Below are positions 32,770-45,515 of a stretch of DNA of 64,000 nucleotides, piece after piece. Position 1 is the stretch's first letter; each line of letters starts with the position of its first letter. The DNA is from Macrostomum hystrix (taxonomy: Eukaryota > Animalia > Platyhelminthes), in NCBI GenBank assembly GCA_950097015.1, contig CATNEN010000038.1, forward strand, positions 9,672,001-9,736,000, read 5' to 3'. A program made the position numbers and the translations under genes. Under the pieces are notes generated by a model. That model searched no databases and was not told where the DNA came from. It worked only from the letters and a program-made list of their open reading frames with translations.

Positions 32770-34594
32770 GACATGGTGATTGAAAGGTTTTGGGTCAGGT
32801 AAATTCTATGTGAATAATAGATAGGATTAAAGTCTAATAAAGATATAAGGACCTATTGAAGATTAATACTATTTAATATAGTGTGAGCCTAACTGCCTAA
32901 GGACTTTTTGTAGGCATCTAAATATATCTGAATCAGGCAGTCATTAGTCTACTTAGCGTGATTAACTTTGCTATGCTCTTAATAATAATTTCTAGTCTAA
33001 TTAAATTTACAGACTAGGCCATAATTCTTAGCAAAACCAGATCTGCAAAGAAAAGGTCATTGTTTATTTAGCTTGGTATAAGTCCAAGGCACAAATCTAT
33101 AGGCTACAGGCTATAGATCTCCAAATTCGCTGGTTCTCATCATTGTCTTTAATTGGCTCTAAGGAATATGCATCATTACTCACCAATAGGACATGTACAA
33201 CATTTTTAATAGTAACCAAACCCTTATCTAACTTTTTAGCACTAACCCTATGAAATATAGGAAAAGTTGACATTCTGCAGATGGCCTAGATGGTGCCTCT
33301 GTGCCTGACCAGTGCACTTTTGGGGGGTTGGTAAATTCTAAAGTGTGTCAAAATAAATGAAGCATTGATGGGCATATATTTAGTACTTCTCTCCTGCCTA
33401 TTGCAACAGAAAAATTAAGTGCCAAGCTTGAATTAGACTAAAAATAGCGCTTTTAGAATAAGGGCCTTATAAAACTAAACATTGCTAGGTGGGAGGCCAG
33501 GGGCCAAAATATTTTCCTGAAATTGTTGTCACATAAAATACAATAATCAAGGCATGTACAGCATAATAAAATGACTTGAAACAAGAAGTGTTTTTAGTTC
33601 TTTGACTAATTTTTGAATAGATTTGTACATACTTTTGTTTTCTGTACAATGAATTTTTGCCATTTTTATCAATGCTATTTTATGGCCATAAAAACCATAG
33701 CATAGCAGATGACTTTGTTTTGATTGTCTTTATGGCAGAGAGTTTGTAAAAAGTTTTTTTTAAAGACAAATTAATAGTAGACAAATGGACAAGAAACCCT
33801 TTATAAGACGTATACTAGACTAGAGGCCTATATAAACTTTTAACCAGTTCATTAATTTATTAATGCTTTCAATAAACATCAACATAGCAGCATTATTTTC
33901 TAGATTGTCTTTTCTATTGAGACTGACTGTCGTATTTGTTCAACTTCTTCTGATTGGCTAAAAAATGGAAATTTCTGAACTGCATGAACTATTGAATTTA
34001 CTAATTAAGCAGTTACACAAGTTCTTTATTGACTTATTAATGGCAAAGTTTTTACAGCTTACAAACATGACAGTACATTAAAGGTTAATAGTAAACCGTT
34101 TTTGTTTTCTGTATTGTATTTAACAAATGTATCTGCTTTTTTGTTCGATATTAAATATGTATTTCTATTTAAAAAGTTACTGTCAGAAAATTACAGTTTG
34201 ATTTAGAAGTTACATTTAAAGGCTTTTTTGCTGTGAATTGTGACAACAAATACATGAGACTTTCATTAGTATCTCTGTCACTTGTTTTTTACACTTTTTA
34301 GCAAAAAACCTTAATCACTGTAAACAATTTTTAGATTTGAGAAGTTAGAACCTTTTTTAAAAGTACTTTGTATATGGGGCACTAATTGTCTGTTTAGTTT
34401 GTCATAAAATTAGCAGCCTCATAATAATAAAAATTGCTTGTTTAATAAAAAAATTGATACATTTCAGTTAGCCAGGCGCTCCCAGCCACTCACTGCTTCT
34501 CAAGGCAGTTTGCTGGGCGCCTAATACTTACCCCCTCACTCCTTATTATCTGCAACTAACTCCTAGCTGCTGAAACAGAAGTTCAGGCCAGGAA

Positions 34595-37500
34595 ATGGAC
34601 TGCACCGTTGCACAGCCCGAAAGCTTGGACAAGCCGCTAGAGAAAGCCAGCGATGAGGCAGCCAACGAACCCACTGAAGCTGGGGAGATTTCTCCACCCT
34701 CCGCAGATGCCGCAGACTCTGTCGAAGAGGATTCCGACAGCGTCGACACTCCCGAGCGGCGAGTCAAAGCCTGCCCGGACTTCGCCGCCGCTTGCTCCTT
34801 CCTTGGCCAGTTCGGGCCGGATCTGGGCGTTACGCTAACCTTTGCGCAGATTGTCCGCTGCGTGTTAGCCGGCCAGCATCAGCAGCATCACCAATCCTCT
34901 CCCAGCAAGAACTGGATCCACCTTCATGTTCGCCTATTGAATAGGCTGCGCTACTGCGTCAAAGAGGACAAATGGGAGAATGGATTGCGCAAGTTCTGCG
35001 CCGCCGCCGATGCGGACACGGCTGCGGTTGCCGCAGTTGCCGCCCTCGGCGTGCCAACGGTCGCCTCGGCGTCGCCGCTGCTGCTGCTGGGTCCGGGCGG
35101 CTATGCCGGCCTGAGCTCCACCGGCCGATTAAGAATCCTACGCAGCCTGCTGGAGAGCCAGTTCGACCGCAATGTCAAGCTGAAGGCCCGCGTCAATGCC
35201 ACCAAAGCAGAGGAGCTGCGCCAGCGGCCGCTTGGCCAGGACATGGCCGGCTGCCTCTACTGGCTGCTGACCGACGCCGAGTTCAGCATCCTGCTGTACA
35301 AGGAAGACCCTGAGGCCGAAGAGTCCGACAAGCTGAGCCTCGTCAGCGACTCAGTTGACGGCATGCGTCGTCTGCTGATCAACCTGAGGGCCTGGACTAA
35401 TCCCAAGGCGGTGCTGGATGCAATGCGGGCTTCGGCCGTGTCAACCGCCCTGCTTAGCGGCAGCAGCGGCAGCAGCAGCAAGGACGCCACGCCGCCGCCG
35501 CAGCCGGCGCCTAAAGAGAATGGAGCCTCTGACAACAAGCCGGCTGATCCAGTGAAGGCCGAGAATGAGCCAGTAGTGGAAGATAAAGGCAACTGCAACA
35601 GTCCTCATCTCGCCGATGTCAAATCCGAGGCTCTGAAAGTTGAAGGCGAACCTGTGGAACAGGCAGACTCAGCTGGTGATGTAAAGCGGGAAGCGGCGGA
35701 TGAAGATGAAAACAGCCGAACCGGCCCAGTCCCTGGTGAAAAGGCGGTCAAGAAGGCCAAGTCCGCTGCTCCGGCGGTCGTCGACGCCGATGCTGAAGCC
35801 GCCGAGGCGGCCGCAGCTGAGGAGAGCGGCCTGCGCCGATCGTCGCGAGTTCGAAAACAGGTGACGCCATTCGTCATCACGGAGGCGCCGGCCAGCTCTA
35901 AGAAGCGAGCTGCGAAACCTGTCGCCGACGACGAGGAGGAAGATGAAGAAGACGATGAGGAAGATGATTCTAAAGCCAAAAAAAAGAAGGGCAGCGGACC
36001 CTCCACTGCCCCTCCGCCTGGCAAGTCGGCTAAAGGAGGAAAGCAGCGCAAGTCCGATGGTGAGCGCTTAGGCTGTTTATGGCTTTAGTTAGGCTGTTCA
36101 GGGCTTTAGTTAGGCTGCTCATGGCTTTAGTTAGGCTGCTCAGGGCTTTAGTTAGGCTGTTCATGGCTTTAGTTAGGCTGCTCATGGCTTTAGTTAGGCT
36201 GCTCAGGGCTTTAGTTAGGCTGTTCATGGCTTTAGTTAGGCTGCTCATGGCTTTAGTTAGGCTGCTCATGGCTTTAGTTAGGCTGTTCATGGCTTTAGTT
36301 AGGCTGCTCATGGCTTTAGTTAGGCTGCTCATGGCTTTAGTTAGGCTGTTCATGGCTTTAGTTAGGCTGCTCATGGCTTTAGTTAGGCTGCTCAGGGCTT
36401 TAGTTAGGCTGTTCATGGCTTTAGTTAGGCTGCTCATGGCTTTAGTTAGGCTGTTCAGGGCTTTAATGAGGCTGTTCAGGGCTTTAGTTAGGGTCAGGGC
36501 TTTAGTTAGGGTCAGGGCTTTAGTTAGGGTCAGGGCTTTAGTAAGGGTCCAGGCTTTAAAAACGTTTAAAAAAGTATCTAACACTACTGGCACTAAGTAG
36601 CAGCTGCAGCATATCTAAAGCCGCAGTGGTGCAACTCATTCTCCGAATTCAGAGAAGTCGCGCAAGCTGAAGCTGGCCGCCAAGTCTCCCAATAAGAAGA
36701 AGGCGTCCGCGGCTAAGAAGCGGGCCAACAAAAGCCGGGCAAAGGCCAAGGCGAACGGCTCCGGCGCGGCCAGCGCCAAGAAGCGACGAACCGGCAAGAA
36801 TCCGTGGGAGCGGGGCGCCAGCAGCTCCGACGAAGACGAGGCCGAGGCCGACTTTGTGCAGGCGCTGGACGCGGCAGGCTCTGATGAGGAAGACGAGGAC
36901 GCCGCTGCTGCTGCTGCTCCATCTGATGACAGCTGGACTGATCGGCCGGAGTCCGACTTTGAGGTGAGGGGATTAACACGGGTATTCTGGGAGTGACTCT
37001 TGATCTAATCCTGTCCCTCATTTGGTCACCGTAGACTCGCTTCCAGCGAGTATATGTGTAACAGATGTGTAACACTTGCCCTGACTTTCTCATCGTCCTT
37101 GTTTGTCAGGATGACGCCCTGAGCGAGTCCGACTCTGACTACGAATGCCGCGGTCGCAACTACCTGCGTCAGCGGAAGCGCCAGCAACAGCTCCAGGCCG
37201 AAGCCGCCGCGCCGCCGTGCCCCTGCGTCCGCTGCGGGAAGGAGGACCTGCCGGAGTGGCTCCTGCTGTGCGACAGCTGCGACGTGGCCTGGCACGCCAT
37301 GTGCCTGAGGCCGCCTCTGTTCCTCATTCCCACCGGCGACTGGTACTGCCCGGTGTGCCAGCACAAGAGCCTCTGCGACTCGCTGGAGACTCGAATTGTC
37401 GAGCTGGAACAACAGCAGAAACAACGCGTGGCTAAACAGCGAATGCAGGTGAGATTGTGTTACTTTTGTTAGCTTAAACTTGTTAGTTATTATTTTCGAC

Positions 37501-40500
37501 ACATATCGCCTTATTTAATTGATTCGGTTATTTTTCCAAACATATGGTCTTTCTTTATCTTGGAACTTTACTAAATATTTGTGTCGGCACATGCTGCAGG
37601 AGCGGCTGAGCTACGTCAGCATCTCGGTTGGCAACATCATAGAGAAATCGCGAGCCGGCCGCAACGCGTCAACAAAGTACGCCGAAGAGGGCTCGGACTA
37701 CTTGTCCAACTCGGAATATTCCAGGTCCCGGTCTGGCTCGGTCAGCTCCACTTCCCGTAGCGGCAGTGGAAGCGGCAGCGGTTCCGGCTCCGGTTCTAGC
37801 CGCAGCAGCAGCGAGGAGAACTCTTCGGATGAGGACGCTGTGTGAGCGTGCAAGGGAATTGTTTGGGATTGTTCAAGTACACTGAAGGACAGCAGGACAT
37901 GCTTCGTAATCACAGGGATTATCCTCAAGCTAAATCCACACATTTCAGTCATGATGATCCTCCCAGATCCATCTCGGGGCCTGACAACCTTCCAGATCCT
38001 TATCTTCTTGACTCCATGACAACCTTCCAGATCCTCATCTTCTTGAGCCCATGACAACCTTCCAGATCCTCATCTTCTTGACTCCATGACAACCTTCCAT
38101 ATCCTCATCTTCTTGAGTCCATGACAACCTTCCAGATCCTTATATTCTTGAGTCCATGACAACCTTCCAGATCCTCATCTTCTTGAGCCCATGACAACCT
38201 TCCAGATCCTCATCTTCTTGACTCCATGACAACCTTCCAGATCCTCATCTTCTTGACTCCATGACAACCTTCCAGATCCTCATCTTCTTGACTCCATGAC
38301 AACCTTCCAGATCCTCATCTTCTTGACTCCATGACAACCTTCCAGATCCTCATCTTCTTGACTCCATGACAACCTTCCAGATCCTCATCTTCTTGACTCC
38401 ATGACAACCTTCCAGATCCTTATATTCTTGAGTCCATGACAACCTTCCAGATCCTCATCTTCTTGAGCCCATGACAACCTTCCAGATCCTTATCTTCTTG
38501 AGTCCATGACAACCTTCCAGATCCTTATCTTCTTGAGTCCATGACAACCTTCCAGATCCTTATCTTCTTGAGTCCATGACAACCTTCCAGATCCTTATCT
38601 TCTTGAGTCCATGACAACCTTCCAGATCCTTATCTTCTTGAGTCCATGACAACCTTCCAGATCCTCATCTTCTTGAGCCCATGACAACCTTCCAGATCCT
38701 CATCTTCTTGAGCCCATGACAACCTTCCAGATCCTCATCTTCTTGACTCCATGACAACCTTCCAGATCCTCATCTTCTTGACTCCATGACAACCTTCCAG
38801 ATCCTCATCTTCTTGAGCCCATGACAACCTTCCAGATCCTTATCTTCTTGAGTCCATGACAACCTTCCAGATCCTTATCTTCTTGAGTCCATGACAACCT
38901 TCCAGATCCTTATCTTCTTGAGTCCATGACAACCTTCCAGATCCTTATCTTCTTGAGTCCATGACAACCTTCCAGATCCTTATCTTCTTGAGTCCATGAC
39001 AACCTTCCAGATCCTTATCTACTTGAGTCCATGACAACCTTCCATATCCTTATCTTCTTGAATCCCTGACCGCAGATCCTCATCCGATTCTCACCTCTAT
39101 TCCTCCACCGCAGTCACCGAAGGCCGACTCGCCAGTCGGCTCGCACAGCCAATGTGAATTATCGCTTCGAAAGCTACGACGCCATGATTAAGGAAGCCAT
39201 CGAGGAGGACGACAAGTATCGCCTGGTGAAAGAGAACCCGGAGGCCGCCGCGGAAGCTGCAGCGGCCGCGCGTCGAGCTCGCAAGAAGCCAAGTGGCAAA
39301 GACATGGCCAGCATTCTCGGCCCAGACTGGGACAAGCCAAAGGACAAACCGAAGCCAAATACTGCGGCGGCTGCGGCTACGCCTGCTGGCGATGGCAGCA
39401 AGGTCGAAGGCGACGACGAGAAAGACGACGAAACTAAAGGCGAAGAAGGCAAAGATGCCAGCGAAGGTGAGGAGAGCGAAGAGGAGGCCGAATCCGACGG
39501 CGGCCGGCCGGCGCCTCCGGCCGCTGTCGCCGCGGCCGCTGCGAAGCGAAAGCGGAAACGCCTGGCGAAGCTGGGCGACACTGACAGCGAAGCCGATGAC
39601 GACGCAGACGATCATCCGTCTGACGATGATTTCCGGCCGCCGAGCTCCGGCGACTCCGACGAAGACGACGATGAGGATGGCGAAAAAGGCGGCAATGCAC
39701 GCTCGTCAGATTCCTACAGCGGCGAATCCGAGGAGTTGAGCAGCGACGCCAGCTGGAGGCCGTCGCGAGTCGGCAGCGGATCACGCCGACAGTCCTCCAG
39801 GCTTCGCGCCGCTTCCAGGTAAATTCTATTTGGGCAAAGATATTCAAGAGAGAGAGAGAGTGTGTGGGTGATTCCAGCTGGCAATATTTCACTTTAACGT
39901 TAACAGCGGTTGGTGGTGACTGATTGGTTGACAGACTAGGCTAGGTTGTCCTGTGGTTTAGTTAACGCCCTAATATTTGGGATTGATCAGTTAAATTAGA
40001 ACAAAGAACGCGCCATGGTGTCCATAGAAGACTAGTTCCACCTGAAATTTTCAGCGGGGATTTTCTCCGTAGTTCTACTGTAAAGAGTGTCAGCACTTTT
40101 AAAGCCAAACCGCGTACTCGGCAACCTTCTGTAGGCACGGAAGCGAGAAGAAAAAGCACAAGAAGGACAAGAAGCGAAAGAAGACCAGGAGAAGCGACAG
40201 TCACGGCGGCGGCAGCGGCAGTCGCAGTCGTAGTAGACTTCGTCAACGCGATGACGAAGACGATGATGACGACGAAGATGACAATTGGAGGCCGGGCAGC
40301 GGCGGCAGAGGGAACGGCGGTGGTCGTCGCCGATCTCGGCACCCGCCGCCGTCGAAGCGTCGACGAAACCGACGGGGCAGCGACTACTCGGACGACGACG
40401 ACGAAGAATCGGACGATGAGGAAGAGCAGAGGCGTCCGACAAGGCGAGCGGCGCGTCGTGTCGTCTATCAGGAGGACGACGAAGATGAGCAAGAAGACGT

Positions 40501-41878
40501 AGAAGATAGCGATGGGGACGCCGAGAAATCAGAAGCTTCAAAGCAGAAAGAAGTTGCGAAAGGCAAATCTGATAGCGGTGAGGATGATGAAGACGCCGAC
40601 GGGCGGCCGAAACTGCCTGGCCGTCAGCAGCAGAAGAAGCGTCGAGCTGCCTGCCTGGAGGACAGCGACGATGAGTGGAAGGGTTCGGAGGAGGAAGAAG
40701 AAGAAGAGGAGGAGGAGGAGGTGGTTGATGAAGATGAGGAGAAAGATTTGCCAGAAAAAATACCCAAAGCTGCCAAGCGGCAGAAACTGGCATTAAACGA
40801 AGACCAAGACAAAGAACTGGGAGAAGAGGAGAGGCTGGCTGAGCCGAGCAAGGAGCCGTCGCCGGCTGATGCCGTGAAGGAGGCTGTGACAGAAGCTGAT
40901 GCTGCCGCTGAAGCGACATCAGCAAAGTCCGCAGGGCCAGCCGCGGTGGCGGACGACAGCCCGCAGGTCGGCAGCAGTGAGGAGCAGGCTCTGGAGGAGG
41001 CTGAGGAAGACGAGGAGCTGCCGGACAAAGAGGCCGAGCTGAGGGAGGCGGAGCTGCGTATGGCGCGGGAGGCCGGGGAAGCACCACCAACGCCGCTGCC
41101 ACAGCCGCCACCGGCGCCGACACCGCCGCAGCCCGCAGCAGCTCAGCAGCCGCAGTCGCATGATCGCGAAGCTGTCCAGCCAGCGGCTTCAGCAGCGAAA
41201 GTGTCCAGGACCCAGCAGCAGCGAAAGCAAAAGCAGCAGAAGCAACAGATGCAGCAGCAAAAGCAGCAGCAAATGCAACAGTCGCTTGCCCCTCCGCCTA
41301 TGCCAGCTCAGCAACAGCAGCTGCCGCCAATTTCCTCAGTTGCCACTGGCCAACCGCCGCCTCCCTATCTGCAGCAGCAGCAGCAGCAGCAGATCCTCCC
41401 GCATCACCAGCCACAGCCGGTGACAGCAGCACCCGGCCAGCCACAGATGGCCATCCCTGCCGACATTCGGGAGCTTTACCTGCCGTCCTGCACCTACCAG
41501 CCCGCCATGATGGCTCCTCCTGGCTACCCGCAGCAGGCGCCCTACCCAGTCTATCAGGCCTACCCGCATCAGCTTCAGCCGCCGCCAATCACCGCTGGCA
41601 GCATGCTAGCAGAGCTGAATGACCTGGAGCCGCCTCCGCCACCTCCTGGACCGCCTCCGCAGATGCTCCAGCAGCCGCAGCATCCTGTGTCCCTGCCTAT
41701 GTCCGCTGTCAGCACCGGCGGAGGCGGCAGCGGCAGCACGCCGTTTTACATCGACTCTCTACTGCACCAGCAGCCGCCGCCGCCACAGCCGCTGGTGACG
41801 ATGGCGCCCTACCCGGCGGTGTCTGACGCGGCCGGTCACCAGATGCCCTTCAGCCAGCCGTCGCAGCAGCCCTACTAA
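34595..41878 (+). CDS. RSF1: Remodeling and spacing factor 1-like (DDT/WHIM-WSD N-terminus, PHD finger, acidic and Q/P-rich tail), 6 coding exons
   Basis: Exons 34595-36059, 36653-36963, 37110-37448, 37600-37841, 39114-39818 and 40135-41878, GT-AG and phase consistent. Motifs PDFAAACSFLGQFG, LHVRLL..DKWENGLRKFC, LLESQFDRNVKLK, LRQRPLGQD..YW, PHD CVRC..WLLLCDSCD..WHAMCLRPPL..GDWYCPVC, and VNYRFESYD..IKEAIE. Confidence 0.88.
36066..36558. repeat. 21-bp minisatellite (GGCTTTAGTTAGGCTGCTCAT), RSF1 intron 1
   Basis: Begins within ~10 nt of the 5' splice site. Confidence 0.92.
37980..39065. repeat. 35-bp minisatellite (CCATGACAACCTTCCAGATCCTCATCTTCTTGACT), RSF1 intron 4
   Basis: About 31 tandem copies. 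Confidence 0.94.
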
Positions 41879-43774
41879 TCAGAACCAATGTGCTGCAGCA
41901 ATGCTCTGCAGCTGGGATTTGCTTGATTTCCATTCTAATCCCTAATTTTTTGTGTACAGTGTACCGATCTTTTGAATTTTCCCCTGTTTTAGTGCAATGT
42001 GCAAAATATTATTTGTCAAGTTTTTTTCTGCCACATATCATACTACTCATATTTGGCCTGATTAGTAATCTAAATGCTTTTTAAAGCGAATTAAAAGCTG
42101 CATTACAGTTTTATGTAATTGTTTCAATTCGTTAAGCAAGACGTAGATTCTGTGTTTATTCCTCAACTTGGAAGTATTTTCTCGTTCCTCTTTACTTTCA
42201 GATGGCCCACAATGCAAATGTACTTTAACCACTATTTGAAGTAATTGTTTGTAACATTGGAGTTGCATTTTCATGTTTAAATTGATGCGATAGTAAAATA
42301 GCAACCCGCCGGCAATGCAGTGGCCCGAAAAAAATGGGACAAGCGTCAAAAGCGCGCTTAAAAACATTTTTTGTAAAATGGCATTCGCAGTATTTACATT
42401 ATCCTTAACAAATCTATCCTAATCCTCATCTTATTTCATCTTAATCTCAGTCCCAGATCCTCGAAAAGATTTTCCTCATTCCCTATCCTATCCATGGTCC
42501 TAGAATTCCAATACCGGATTATAAAATCCCAATCCTGGGTCATTGTTCTGCACGATTATGTGTTGCTATCGCATATCATTAAGTATGGTGTTTCTATATC
42601 TGCATGTTTCTCTGCTTGAGCAATGAGCATGTTCTCACGCCCTTCCGCAATCTATTGTTGGCTATATATATTGCGCTTTTCTTCTAAAGAATCTAACCCA
42701 CAGGCCCAGCACATCCCAACGGCCTTGTTTGCGTTCTCTTTACTTTCTATTTGTGCGTTTCATTGCGCATTGTTCATTTTTTATGCTGCTTCTGATTGCA
42801 AACTAAGAAAATGCGATATAATTCGCAACCACCTGCAGCATACTACTCATAGTAGGTAAAATGCATTCGAAATACTTTTTGTTAATAGCTTATTGCTGTC
42901 TCGGTGTTTTACTGTAGTTCTGTTACAAAACTATTATTTGGATGTTGTCTCTTGTCCTGCTTTTATCGCCTGCGCTAATTCTTCGCTCGCTTATTAAGCC
43001 TCTGTTACCTTTTCTATTAAAAACACTGTTGCATGACTTGCTGTTCCCTTATTTTCGTTTTCCTGCGAACTAGTTTTAGCGTTTATCAGACATCAGAAGG
43101 CCGAGAATTCTTTTTCGCTCCACGGTTCATTTCTTACTGGTGTGCAGATAAAGTGTATATTGTCGTATTGTCCTCTACCGCTTATTAATCCTTGTGAGTA
43201 AATGCTTTTGTAAAGTGTCAGTTTTTGTCTGTTAAAAAATTCTCTATCGCAGTTCTTTAAAAAACAAAATCCGCGTTAACAGTGTAATTTTTTAATTCGC
43301 ACAAAAATACACATTTACCTTTCCGAAATCGTTTGATGCGTTTTGCGCTGTTTTGTTTTACGCATTGGTTTCTTTATAAATGTCATTCTTATAAACACTA
43401 CTTCATAAGAAACAGTAGCATCATACGAGTTTTTTATTTTGTATTTACAAACGTTCTAAAAAATAAACTTGAAGTCAGGATTCAAAAATCGGGATTGCAT
43501 CATTATTTTGTATTATAAACATTTAAGTACACAAACTAAAGACAAGCTGACGTAATTTTAAACATCGTACAACATATCGCCTGTAATCGTGTTATTATGT
43601 AGCGCCACTATCGACGAATGTGTACAACTTGTGTACAGCACCCACTGCTTTTTCGAAACATATCGGTACTTTTAGTGCAGAGCAGTTGCCAACACATTGT
43701 ATTGTTAAAAGATTTGCAAAGATAACCTTTTTCCATAACTTAGAATTCTTACGAGAAACTGACAAAAGTATAGT

Positions 43775-43846
43775 TTCCCTGACCGGGAGTCGAACCCGGG
43801 CCACCTGGGTGAAAACCAGGGATCCTAACCGCTAGACCATCAGGGA
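43775..43846 (-). tRNA. tRNA-Glu (TTC)
   Basis: TCCCTGATGGTCTAGCGGTTAGGATCCCTGGTTTTCACCCAGGTGGCCCGGGTTCGACTCCCGGTCAGGGAA; intact cloverleaf with a TTTT terminator downstream. Confidence 0.95.
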
Positions 43847-44473
43847 CTTGCATATCATCACGAATTTACACACTTATAATGAAAGCTTTGTATGTAAAGC
43901 GCTATGAATATTTTTTTCAAGCAATTTTTCTGAATAAGTATAACAAGTACTATAGTTTGATGTAATGAACCACAATTTGTGTTGAGTCTAGTGTCACACG
44001 CATTATCTGATTTGCGGCATCGTGAACATGCTTTTGCCTTTTGCCATTTGGTTTTGGCAATATCTATTGTATTGTGACCATGAATATGGCCATCGCATCA
44101 GTTAACTGTAGCCGCTAATGTCCATGGTCAAACTCAGTCATTGAATATAATTAAGGGAGTCAAGTTCGTACTAAATAAGGTAAAGCTCTTAAAACCAAAA
44201 TAAAAATCACTGATTGATTTCTTAAAATGTTAATGCTCCAACGTCATGTTCGTAAAAGTATAAATGGTGCTGACTCGGTGAGTAGTATATTAAGTTAAAT
44301 GTTATATAAAGTTTATGTTCAATGTTATGTTATTTCTACATTTACAAAACATTTACTCACCAAGGGATTCAAAACCGACTTGAATTCGTCGACTGTGTTT
44401 TCATCAAATTCGGTTATCACTTAGATTTAATCGTGAAGTTTTATAGGCTAATAGGCCAAATGGCAAAAATATT

Positions 44474-44545
44474 TTCCCTGACCGGGAGTCGAACCCGGGC
44501 CGCCTGGGTGAGAGCCAGGAATCCTAACCGCTAGACCATCAGGGA
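44474..44545 (-). tRNA. tRNA-Glu (CTC)
   Basis: TCCCTGATGGTCTAGCGGTTAGGATTCCTGGCTCTCACCCAGGCGGCCCGGGTTCGACTCCCGGTCAGGGAA; intact cloverleaf with a TTTTT terminator downstream. Confidence 0.95.
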
Positions 44546-44942
44546 ACGCTGATAGTGGGCCTGTTTTGACAAAGTTTTATCTGTTTTAAATTCTGGAACT
44601 AAACTGTAGCTGTAAGGTTTACGCTCGTACTGTAAATCCGTAAGATAACTATAAGATAAAATACGATGAGATAAATAAAGTAATAAGTATATAACCTTAG
44701 CCACCCTATAGCTTCATAGTGTAAGTCTTAACCATCAAGTTTTAAACTCTAAAATAAAACGCCGTGACTAGGGACACGGCGGCCGTGTCTCTAACTCTGT
44801 GCCTAGGGACACGGCTGCCGTGTCCCTAGTTATCGACCACTCCGTGCCTAGAGCCACGGCGGCCGTGACTCAGGACTTAGGCACGGCCGCCGTGTCCCCA
44901 GCTCTGTGTATAGGGACACGGCGGCCGTATCCCTAGTTATAC

Positions 44943-44997
44943 GGCTAGAGGCTCGAGGGCCGCATCTGGCCCGCGGGCCGGAGTTTGCCGACCCCTG
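44943..44997 (-). mobile_element. hAT/Charlie-type MITE terminus fragment
   Basis: Minus strand CAGGGGTCGGCAAACTCCGGCCCGCGGGCCAGATGCGGCCC closely resembles MER58-type hAT ends. The adjacent GTCTAGGG resembles the NTCTAGAN target preference. Confidence 0.7.
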
Positions 44998-44999
44998 GT

Positions 45000-45515
45000 C
45001 TAGGGGTTTGGGCTGTGTACATTCACGGCTTGAAATACAATGTACAGTCTGGGGCTTCGGCGCCCGGGGAAGGGAGGGGGTGGCTGTAATAAAATTTGGC
45101 CCGCAGAGTGGCGGAGGGGAGTTGGGGTGGCTGTCCTCGGAAAACAAAAAGTGACTCACTTTGAGATGATGCAGCTTTGCTCTGGATTGAGTAGAGATGT
45201 TCAAAATTGACAGCATTGTTGGAAAACATGTAAAGTGTAAGTGGATCAAATTTGGAGAAAATCTGACAAAGTGGGGCGACGATATGTCGAATTGAGTGAT
45301 TTTTCGACGATTTTTGAGCAGTTTTTTGCACTTTTGAGCAGGAAGGAAATGATTTTTCGGGAATTTGAGTAGCCTATTGCACTCAGCGTAGGTGGTTTAA
45401 GGTATGTGCAAAGTTTGGTGCGATTTGGTTCAGCGGTTTCGGCGTCTATAAAGACAAAAGGTTGCACACAGACAGACAGACAGACAGACAGAGTTTTCAC
45501 TTTTATATATATAGA
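45000..45515 (-). mobile_element. Non-autonomous Helitron 5' fragment
   Basis: Minus strand A|TCTATATATATAAAA..(GTCT)n..GAAACCGCTGAACCAAATCGCACCAAACTTTGCACA is the typical 5' architecture of animal non-autonomous Helitrons. No 3' CTAG end was identified. Confidence 0.65.

Noticed and set aside
40032-41123. 363-aa minus-strand ORF and other antisense ORFs over RSF1
   Set aside because: Antisense shadows of low-complexity RSF1 exons.
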